Shown: piece after piece, positions 54,996 to 62,847 of the stretch
Position numbering within the stretch: the first letter of the stretch is position 1
Layout of the letters: every line of letters begins with the position of its first letter
NCBI GenBank assembly: GCA_002308915.1
Contig: DBWI01000006.1
Location: forward strand, 1 to 62,847
DNA: 62,847 bases
Direction of reading: 5' to 3'
DNA from: Christensenella sp. UBA1242
GTDB lineage: Bacteria; Bacillota; Clostridia; Christensenellales; UBA1242
The notes under the pieces: generated by a model
Seen by the model: only the letters and a program-made list of their open reading frames with translations
What the model was told of the DNA's origin: nothing
The model's database searches: none
Translations under genes and position numbers: made by a program

Positions 54996-55111
54996 AAAAA
55001 AATAGCCACAAGAGTGAGGCTCGGTGAAGTTTGCCGGCGCACGAGTTTACAAATGTAAATGACCGTACTGGCAAGCTCACCAGAAACAAAACTATTGTGT
55101 GCTATTTTTTT
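54996..55111 (-). ncRNA. Candidate structured RNA / long-hairpin element, copy 2
   Basis: On the minus strand it starts 5 nt after the giant gene's stop. It shares TACNGTCA, TCGTGCG, CCGAGCCT and CTCTTG blocks and the 106-nt length with 302-407. Confidence 0.45.
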
Positions 55112-55115
55112 GTTT

Positions 55116-58100
55116 TTATCTTACTTTCATACGCTTACGAAGCTTAATGAACACAATTACTCCAACAACAGCTATAATGCTTGAAGCAACAATCAATATA
55201 ATTGAAATTGCGTTTAGTGGTTCATTTTTTGTTACTTTGTATGAATACAAAAGTTTTCCACTTTCTGTATAAAGTTGAATGAAATATGTTCCAGATTTAT
55301 CAATACTGAATGAATAAGATGATTTAAGTTCACCATCAGCAAAAGCTTGTTTTGAAAGGTGATAATCATTAAGACCAGTAATCTTTAGAACACAATCACC
55401 AACATCTTCAAGTAGGTCAGAAGTATTGAATGATACAATGATAGGATTTGTTGTTGATGAGTTGTCTTCAATTGAAACATTGATTGGGGCAGGTTTATTG
55501 TTAATCCAGAAACTGAATGTGAATTTTTGTCCAAATTCATTTGCTGTGTTAACAGTTATTGTATAATTTCCTGAACCTGTAACAGCATCGTTTACAGAAA
55601 TAAATAAATTCTTTAGGAATAACTTTTTGTAGTATACGCCATCGTCATCTTGAAGTGTTTTTTCAACAAGTTTTCCCATATTTTCATTTGTTATTCTGTC
55701 TGTTATATCAACATTTTCTCTAACAACAGATTCAATATAATAATCTGCATATTCACCAAGTTCGAATGCAGAACGTGATTCGTTTGGTTTGATAATCAAG
55801 AAGTATAGTGGTTGTTCGTTAATATTCTTAACAACGCCATTTTCTGTAACAGCTGCAGAGAACCAAATTTTGTATAATCCTGCTTCTGTGAATATGTATG
55901 ATCTTGTCTCTCTTGAATATTCTGGTGTGTATTCATTACCATTTTTAAGGACGGTAAGTGATGGTTGAGCATTTCTATCGTAATAGCTTAATGTTGAAGC
56001 TGGGATAGAAACTGTTACTGTATCATCATAAACTGCATTATTGATAGGTGATTCACCATTTACGTTATAAATAACACTTCTTAGATATTTTATTGTGTAT
56101 GTAGATAACAATTGATTGAACATATGAGTATTGCCAGCCATATCTTTGAATGATAGGTAATATGTTCCAGAAGATTTCAAGGTAACAATTGTTATATCTC
56201 CTTCTGTTTTTGTTTCTGCATTATATATTTGTTGATTATCTCCAAAATATATTGTTGCAGTAACTTTATTTTCTGGAATGCCATAATATGATTGCCAAGC
56301 AATACGCTTGTATGATGTGTTATTTTCTTCTGTGCTAACAACAAATGATTCTTGAGTTTTTGTTGTATCAAATATTGTTCTTGTACCTTCATTTGTATAA
56401 TAAGAGTACTTTGTTAAAATATTTGTTGACCTTGGAATCACTGTGATTGCAATTGTCTTTTTGAAGTACTTTGATGCGTTTGTGCTATCATTATTAGAAA
56501 CAATATAGATATATGTTGAATAATCTCCATTTCTAATGATTGTTGAGTCTTGAACTTTAACATCTTGGTCTGTGTTGCAAACAATTTCAAATTCACTTGT
56601 GTTAAGAATGTAGTGTGTTGTAATTGTGTATGTTGTATTACTTTCTACAAATGTGTAATTGTTTCCTGTTGGTGTTGCATATTTGTATGTTGAATTGTTT
56701 GACAAATATCTAACTTGATAGAAATCTTCATCATTGTCAGAAATAATAAATTCAAGATATGTGTTATATTGGTCAGCTGTGAATAGTTCTGTATATTTGA
56801 TAATCAATGAGTATAAACCAGGTGAGGTAAGAACTTTTCCAGAAACAATTTGTTCTTTTGTTCCATCTTCATATTCCAAAATAACGGCACAAGGAATTCT
56901 TCCTACATTTTGCTTGAATGTAATTTTTAAATCATTTCCATACATTGTGTCTTTGTTGAACAATGCATTTTGTGAGTTGTTGTAAATATCAAGCAAGGTG
57001 ATGCTAGGGATATAGTTATAAGTTACAAGGTTCAAAGTTTTGTATGGGAGTCCATTGTTTATTTCTTCAATAGCTTCATAAACTCTAATAACAAAGCTTC
57101 TTTCTCCACCAATAATTCCGTTTGCCATATCTTGCTTTGCTGCATACAACACAACAACGCAAAGGTCTGTGGTTGTACTAAAATCAATTCTGCCATAACC
57201 AAGTGCATTAAATTCTCTGTATTCATTTGTGTTTGGTTCAATTTTGAATACTCTTGGTGTTGCACTTGACACAATTGTTATTGTGTCTTTTTTGTAGTTA
57301 TAAACATATGTTATGTCTTTTGTTGAGTAGTAGTATCTTACACCATTTTCATAGTTTTCTACAATATCAACTGAACTATATAGTTCTTTTTCTATTGGCT
57401 CAGAACCATAGATGTTTGTAAGGCTATATTCGTCCATAAAGTTGTCTTTTACAAGGTATTTGTAATATCTGTTCTTTTGTGGTTCGTTGATTGTTATTTT
57501 TAGATATACAGAACCCATATAGTTGACATAAACAGATGAGATAATACTTGTGTTTTCAAGAATTTGGTCTGCACTAGAGAAGTATGTTGCATCTTCTTTT
57601 TTGTACAAGTTTTCTTGAATATACGATGTCATATTTTGTGTTTTAACAAAATGTACAATTTCAACATAATTTGCATAGATTAATGCTGCATTATTTGTTG
57701 AGTTTGTAGGAACTTTAATGAGCAATCCTTCTTCGTTTGCATAAGCAGAAATTGTGCTTGTGTGTTTAACATCAAGTGAAGAGTTAAGAACTGAACAATC
57801 AAATACTATATTGCCAAAGTAAGGAACAAATCCAAATGTTAGCACTTGTTTTTGTGCGCTTGGCAAAAGTCTTGTTATTTGTTCAAGTTCAAATTGACTT
57901 TCTGTTACGTTTGCTGGATTGTATGTGTTTAGATTAATGTAATAACCTTCGGAATAAGGTGTTTTTAGATATTTTGTTGCTCCAACTGTTAATATGCTCC
58001 AGTCATAACCGAACATATCATATTTTGATATAGAGAATGAACTCTTTGCATAAACATTAAATCTTGCACTAACATCTGCATACAAAACGTTCTTCGGATT

Positions 58101-61100
58101 TTCACTAATGTTGTAGGTGATAGGGAAGACATTTGTTTGAGCCATTGCTTCATAGTCGGTAATATAGATTGTATAAACCGTTATGTTTCCAGCCATATCT
58201 CTTTCAACAATTTCCAAATATGGTTTTGTGTGTTGATTTAGAGTTTCTAGGATAGAAGCAAGTGATCTTGCATTAAGAACTTCAAAACCATCTGTTGAAT
58301 TTTCTATTGAGCTTGGCGATGTTTCTTGAACAAATATGTCGTTGTATTTTGTATATACTTTTACTCCGTTTGTTGTTGTTTCAAAATATCTATACAAAAT
58401 GTTATAAGCTTCGCCGTCTGAATGAGAATTAAGGTCAAGTATTGAAGAGATGTTTTGCTTGTCAATTGCAAATGCAAAATATCTATAAAGACCAGTGTTT
58501 ACAGAAGTGTTATATCCACTACCATAAGTTCTAACAAGGTCATAATCAATATTGTTAAGTTCAACTAATCTTCTGATGTTTGCAGCAGGGGCAACTGTGT
58601 CTATAACTAATGAATGAGATGTTCTAAAGTATCCTTCGTTATAATCCATTTCATCGCCTTCATATTGCATAGAGAATGTTATTCTGCTATTGTTTGCATA
58701 TGCACCAATGTTTTTAAGATTGATGTCAACGAAATGACGATTGCCAACTGTTGTAATTTGATTTGAATCAACTTTTACTTGATTTAGGTTGTTTATTTTG
58801 TAATAGATTTGTTCTTTATCTATTTTTGCTTCAAACAAGTTTTCGGAATCAACCCAAGAAAGTCTAACAACATCTTTGTTTGTGTAGTATACACCATTTG
58901 CACTGTTAAATTCCTCATCGTTTACATTTGTGATAGTAAATGCTGGTTCTGATTGATAAATTTGGAATACAAAGCTAAATGTGTTAGGTAGGTAAGCTGT
59001 ATAGCCTTGGTTGATTGTAACTTTGTAATAACCAACCTTTTTGAATGCAATACCACTATTGGTGTTATTGAATTTCAAATAACCATTTGCTGTGCCTTGA
59101 CTTGTATATTTTTCTTTTGACAAAGCAAGTTGAGATTTTTCTGCCGCATAAACTATTTCTGCCGATAGAGCATAGGAATTAATTTTACTTGATGCGTCGC
59201 TTGCATTCCAATTAACAATAGTTTTTTCTTGTCTAAATTGAGGGTCATCTTCATAAGAGTAACCATATTTAACTTCTGGAATAAATACGAACACAGGAAG
59301 TTTGTTTGTTACAAGTATTGCTTCATCGTTGCCTTGCAAGTTGCTTGCAATATAGATGTCGTTGAATACCATTCTTCCGCTGTTGCCATCTTCCAAAACT
59401 TGAAGTTTGATTGCTTCACCAATATAGTTGAACATTGTTCCATCTTCGTCAACGACTTCTGGGGCAGTGATAATGCCATATCTATCAACAATGAAAGTAA
59501 ATGTTCTTGTCATATAGTCATAATTTGCATTAATTCTTTCACTTGTACTTGTTAAGTTTGAATAAACTCTTGTGATTGTATATTTTCCAGCCATTGTTTG
59601 ATACAACGATGTAATTGGACTATATACATATTCTTTGTTTACTTCCCAATTATATGTACCATCACCATTTGGTGTTGCAAGGTTTTCTTCTGGGCTAAGT
59701 CTTGAATAAATTGTAATAGGTGAACCAGGTTGTTCAAATTTGTATCCAAAGATAGTATCAGAATAACTTGTTTTTGAGAAAGGACTATATGTGTATGTGA
59801 TGTTTTCAATTTCCAAAACACCTTCTTCTGGTTTTGGATTGAATGTCAAGTTAATTATCTCATTGCAGCTTGCAAGCAAATTTGCTGTTGTTGGAATATA
59901 ATATTTTGATTGTGTGCTTTGAGTAGTGTCTGTTTGCATAAATGAATCTTGAACAAGTGCTTTTTCTTGGTTGTTGCTTGTTGTGTAGGTAAGTACTGTT
60001 CTAGAAGCATCAGAAGACATGATTACACTATGAGTACCAGAATAGTATTGTTCATAGTTTTTAAAACTTGTCTTATTGTTTTCATCTGCATATTTTGTGT
60101 TTGCATTATCGCGAGTATAGAAAACATATTGAAGTTCATTTGCAACATAACCACCATTGCCATCATCTTTTAGGAATTCGATTTCATATTGGTCTTGACC
60201 TTCAATTGCAAAGTATGTGCCATCACCAATTGAACAATAAACTAATTCATTAATTGGAGTTTTTGTAAAGAATGTGTTTACTGTGTTAATACTCAACATT
60301 TCAAAGTAATTTGTGTATACGTCTGTTTCGTTAAGTATTTTGCTAAGCCATGTATCTTTTACGTCAATAACTCTTGAGCTAATTTTAAGGTTATTGAATT
60401 TGATTACTTTGTGTGTTCCCCAAATTACTGTTACATCAGAAGACAAAATATTTAATCCTTCAATTTCTGTAAACTCGCCATTGATTTTTTGAAGTATCTT
60501 ATTTTGTGTGTTATCAATAATAAAAGCAAAGTATTGTTTGTTGCCAGCTGTATCATAAATTCTAAAGATGTACATTCCGGCTTGGGTTAGGGCATTTGAT
60601 GACCTGATATAGTCGCTTGCAATATTGTTTGCATATTCAACACTTTGTAGTCCACCATCAATATCTCTGTAGTCGAACATATATTGAACAGGAACTGCTC
60701 CATAAGAATATAAGTTTTCTAGCATTGCATTTGAATAGTTTGTTGAATTATCTTTTGTTAAAGGAATGTATTTGTATTCTGCTGTGGTTTTGCTACCACT
60801 AGATTTTTCATTCCACATAACCATAACAGGTTGATTTGTTAAGAAGTCAACTGTTCCTTCTTTAACGTAATATTCGGCATCAAGTTTTGCAAGTGAACTA
60901 ATTTGAATACCTTCAATAGGTGTTTTGTCTATTGAAAAGTTTGTTGAATAATTTCTTGTGTAATTTTTGCCAAAATACATTGTCACGCGATATTTGCCGT
61001 TGTTTTGAAGACCAACAACTTCGCCATCGCCAACAGTAGCATAGAATGTTTCTGCACCTGTGTAGTTGGCTCTAACATAAATATCAACTCTTGTCTTTGC

Positions 61101-62774
61101 ATTAAAGATGCTTGACAATGAAGATTTTCTAACTGTAACGCTTTGGTTTGTAAATGATTGATCCAAAAGTGCTTGGTTGCTTTCATTTTTAATTTCAAAT
61201 TCAGAGGTGTCTTTTGTGATTTGGAATACAAACCATTGAGCACTCAATTGAATACTTCTGTCACCAGAAATTTCTGAAGGTTGCCAATTGTCTTCAACAT
61301 TTGAACCATTGACAAGTGTATGATTTTTGTAAACTAATTTTACAAGATAAATTCCTGTTTGAGTGAATGGGCTGTTGTCATAATCATAATATTGTTGTGA
61401 TTCTGAATTTGGAACAATGCTATATGTTGAACCACTTTTTGCAAGTTTCCAATACTTACTTTGTGTTTGAACAACATCTTCGTTGTTATCTTTATTGAAG
61501 ATTTCTACGTTGTATTTGAATTGAACAGGGGCTTGGTTTGTTGATTGAACTTTGATTGTTGTTCCAAGCAATCCACCTTCGCCTAAGAGTAAAGCAAGAG
61601 TATCTGCTTCTGTGTCAACAGTTGTTGTTGTGCTTGTTATTGAATTTGTGACTTCACCATAGATTGCTTTTTTGAATTCATCTGCTGTTTGATATGTGAT
61701 ATCTGTTATTTCATTTCCAATAACACCATCTTCTAGTGTTTTGAATTCTTTTAGCTCTCCAGAAAATACATCACTGTAATATGCTTGATAACCAAATATT
61801 TCGAGTGCATCACATTTGTTTATTCTTTGAGTGGATATTGCCATATCACTCATATTGTTAGATTGATTCAAGACATCAATATTTCCATCATAAACATATG
61901 TGAATGTGTAGCTAATTGAATATAAGCCAAGGTCATTGAAATATATTATAACATTGTCTGTTGCATCATCTTCTTCAAAATATACAAGGTTGTTATCTGT
62001 TTGAACAGTTGTTCCATCAAACCAAATATTTTGAATTGTGTTGTTCTTTTGGAAAGTTTTTGTTATGCAAAGTCTAAAGTTCTTTTTGTTAAATGTTAAT
62101 GTAGGAAGTTGATTTGTTTTTTGACTGTTTTCTGTTTTTTGATATTGATAAGAATAAACACGGTCATAAGAAGCAGCTGCTCTGTATACTTCATCAAAAG
62201 TAAAGTTAAAAGTTGATTGAACGCATGAGCCATATTTTGATGAACTAAAGTAGTTTTGTTCTTGGAGAACATAATATGTGAATGAGAATGATTTGTTGTT
62301 GTCAACTCCGTTTTCGTTAATGATGTAGTTTATTGTTAAGTCATATCTTCCATAAGGGAAGTAGTCTGCATCGTCTGTTCTTGTGATTATACTAAAAGCA
62401 TTGTCAACATAAGATACTTGAATACCAAGGTCAAACAATTCGCTGTTTGTATAACTTCTTGAGTTGAATGTTATGTATGGGTTGATGTGCTTAATAACTC
62501 TTTGGTCTGTTGGATCATCAATTCTAAGTAATGCTTCAACAACATGTCCATATCTAACGTATGCAACATCTCCATTATTGATGGTTGCATAAGCCCTGTT
62601 GTTTTCTGATGAATCTCCTTCATATGTTGAATACTGAATTACACTAAAATACTCTGGTATGTTTTCTTCTGCCAAAACCAAATTGTTGTTTGTTCTAAAA
62701 GAAAAAACACCAAGGAAACCTAGTGCAATTATTATAAGACTTAGAGCATAATACCTAAAATTAAACTTTCTCAT
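55116..62774 (-). CDS. Giant (2552 aa) surface protein with an N-terminal signal anchor and a C-terminal TM anchor
   Basis: Start at MRKFNFRYYALSLIIIALGFLGVF behind a GGAG. C-terminal IILIVASSIIAVVGVIVFI-KLRKRMKVR. N/T/Y/S-rich beta-type sequence with several D-x-AGN motifs. Confidence 0.85.
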   Translation of the reverse strand: MRKFNFRYYALSLIIIALGFLGVFSFRTNNNLVLAEENIPEYFSVIQYSTYEGDSSENNRAYATINNGDVAYVRYGHVVEALLRIDDPTDQRVIKHINPYITFNSRSYTNSELFDLGIQVSYVDNAFSIITRTDDADYFPYGRYDLTINYIINENGVDNNKSFSFTYYVLQEQNYFSSSKYGSCVQSTFNFTFDEVYRAAASYDRVYSYQYQKTENSQKTNQLPTLTFNKKNFRLCITKTFQKNNTIQNIWFDGTTVQTDNNLVYFEEDDATDNVIIYFNDLGLYSISYTFTYVYDGNIDVLNQSNNMSDMAISTQRINKCDALEIFGYQAYYSDVFSGELKEFKTLEDGVIGNEITDITYQTADEFKKAIYGEVTNSITSTTTTVDTEADTLALLLGEGGLLGTTIKVQSTNQAPVQFKYNVEIFNKDNNEDVVQTQSKYWKLAKSGSTYSIVPNSESQQYYDYDNSPFTQTGIYLVKLVYKNHTLVNGSNVEDNWQPSEISGDRSIQLSAQWFVFQITKDTSEFEIKNESNQALLDQSFTNQSVTVRKSSLSSIFNAKTRVDIYVRANYTGAETFYATVGDGEVVGLQNNGKYRVTMYFGKNYTRNYSTNFSIDKTPIEGIQISSLAKLDAEYYVKEGTVDFLTNQPVMVMWNEKSSGSKTTAEYKYIPLTKDNSTNYSNAMLENLYSYGAVPVQYMFDYRDIDGGLQSVEYANNIASDYIRSSNALTQAGMYIFRIYDTAGNKQYFAFIIDNTQNKILQKINGEFTEIEGLNILSSDVTVIWGTHKVIKFNNLKISSRVIDVKDTWLSKILNETDVYTNYFEMLSINTVNTFFTKTPINELVYCSIGDGTYFAIEGQDQYEIEFLKDDGNGGYVANELQYVFYTRDNANTKYADENNKTSFKNYEQYYSGTHSVIMSSDASRTVLTYTTSNNQEKALVQDSFMQTDTTQSTQSKYYIPTTANLLASCNEIINLTFNPKPEEGVLEIENITYTYSPFSKTSYSDTIFGYKFEQPGSPITIYSRLSPEENLATPNGDGTYNWEVNKEYVYSPITSLYQTMAGKYTITRVYSNLTSTSERINANYDYMTRTFTFIVDRYGIITAPEVVDEDGTMFNYIGEAIKLQVLEDGNSGRMVFNDIYIASNLQGNDEAILVTNKLPVFVFIPEVKYGYSYEDDPQFRQEKTIVNWNASDASSKINSYALSAEIVYAAEKSQLALSKEKYTSQGTANGYLKFNNTNSGIAFKKVGYYKVTINQGYTAYLPNTFSFVFQIYQSEPAFTITNVNDEEFNSANGVYYTNKDVVRLSWVDSENLFEAKIDKEQIYYKINNLNQVKVDSNQITTVGNRHFVDINLKNIGAYANNSRITFSMQYEGDEMDYNEGYFRTSHSLVIDTVAPAANIRRLVELNNIDYDLVRTYGSGYNTSVNTGLYRYFAFAIDKQNISSILDLNSHSDGEAYNILYRYFETTTNGVKVYTKYNDIFVQETSPSSIENSTDGFEVLNARSLASILETLNQHTKPYLEIVERDMAGNITVYTIYITDYEAMAQTNVFPITYNISENPKNVLYADVSARFNVYAKSSFSISKYDMFGYDWSILTVGATKYLKTPYSEGYYINLNTYNPANVTESQFELEQITRLLPSAQKQVLTFGFVPYFGNIVFDCSVLNSSLDVKHTSTISAYANEEGLLIKVPTNSTNNAALIYANYVEIVHFVKTQNMTSYIQENLYKKEDATYFSSADQILENTSIISSVYVNYMGSVYLKITINEPQKNRYYKYLVKDNFMDEYSLTNIYGSEPIEKELYSSVDIVENYENGVRYYYSTKDITYVYNYKKDTITIVSSATPRVFKIEPNTNEYREFNALGYGRIDFSTTTDLCVVVLYAAKQDMANGIIGGERSFVIRVYEAIEEINNGLPYKTLNLVTYNYIPSITLLDIYNNSQNALFNKDTMYGNDLKITFKQNVGRIPCAVILEYEDGTKEQIVSGKVLTSPGLYSLIIKYTELFTADQYNTYLEFIISDNDEDFYQVRYLSNNSTYKYATPTGNNYTFVESNTTYTITTHYILNTSEFEIVCNTDQDVKVQDSTIIRNGDYSTYIYIVSNNDSTNASKYFKKTIAITVIPRSTNILTKYSYYTNEGTRTIFDTTKTQESFVVSTEENNTSYKRIAWQSYYGIPENKVTATIYFGDNQQIYNAETKTEGDITIVTLKSSGTYYLSFKDMAGNTHMFNQLLSTYTIKYLRSVIYNVNGESPINNAVYDDTVTVSIPASTLSYYDRNAQPSLTVLKNGNEYTPEYSRETRSYIFTEAGLYKIWFSAAVTENGVVKNINEQPLYFLIIKPNESRSAFELGEYADYYIESVVRENVDITDRITNENMGKLVEKTLQDDDGVYYKKLFLKNLFISVNDAVTGSGNYTITVNTANEFGQKFTFSFWINNKPAPINVSIEDNSSTTNPIIVSFNTSDLLEDVGDCVLKITGLNDYHLSKQAFADGELKSSYSFSIDKSGTYFIQLYTESGKLLYSYKVTKNEPLNAISIILIVASSIIAVVGVIVFIKLRKRMKVR

Positions 62775-62802
62775 AACATTCTCCATTATATTTTTCAAAC
62801 AA

Positions 62803-62832
62803 ATTTTAGCACATTTCAAATAATTTTGACAA
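62803..62832 (-). promoter_or_regulatory. Candidate promoter of the giant gene
   Basis: Minus strand TTGTCA - 18 nt (ends TGC, extended -10) - TAAAAT. Confidence 0.5.
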
Positions 62833-62847
62833 ATATATTGTGTATAC

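Noticed and set aside
1-62847. Alternative genetic code (TGA = Trp, as in Mollicutes), given the AT-richness
   Set aside because: Long conserved genes such as the GlmU-GlmM fusion end at TGA at the expected C-terminus. Orthologous proteins are full length under code 11.

Overview
62.8-kb, visibly AT-rich segment (about 30% GC by eye, not computed) from the chromosome of a low-GC Firmicute. It uses the standard bacterial code: TGA acts as a stop and the long ORFs are intact. I call about 53 protein genes. I found no rRNA, tRNA, CRISPR array, transposase, integrase or phage gene. The housekeeping backbone is tuf (3' end), rpsF-ssb-rpsR, murB, whiA, dnaE, pfkA, helD, recD2-comFC-secA and an archaeal-type proS. 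Accessory content is mostly envelope proteins: a 1274-aa BspA-type LRR protein, a 2552-aa doubly anchored giant protein, two GLUG-motif proteins, VanW, lipoproteins, two ABC systems and several small membrane proteins. Signals most worth follow-up: (1) spo0A has Glu in place of the phospho-acceptor Asp and sits beside two divergent Spo0A-C-like paralogs with degenerate receivers, arranged around a secreted Fn3 protein. (2) Two homologous 106-nt GC-enriched long hairpins show compensatory stem changes and identical unpaired blocks, suggesting a structured RNA or DNA element family. (3) The GlmU acetyltransferase domain is fused to GlmM, in an operon with M14 and M19 peptidases. (4) The rpsF-ssb-rpsR operon is bracketed by a transglutaminase-fold protein and a RimK-type ATP-grasp ligase, and a second transglutaminase-fold paralog follows proS. 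(5) A 1.6-kb XRE plus two-membrane-protein cassette is flanked by 42-nt perfect direct repeats and followed by a 4-TM protein with a Lys-rich tail. (6) Several genes share a leaderless promoter architecture. All functional calls rest on motif recognition by eye. No database search or folding program was run.
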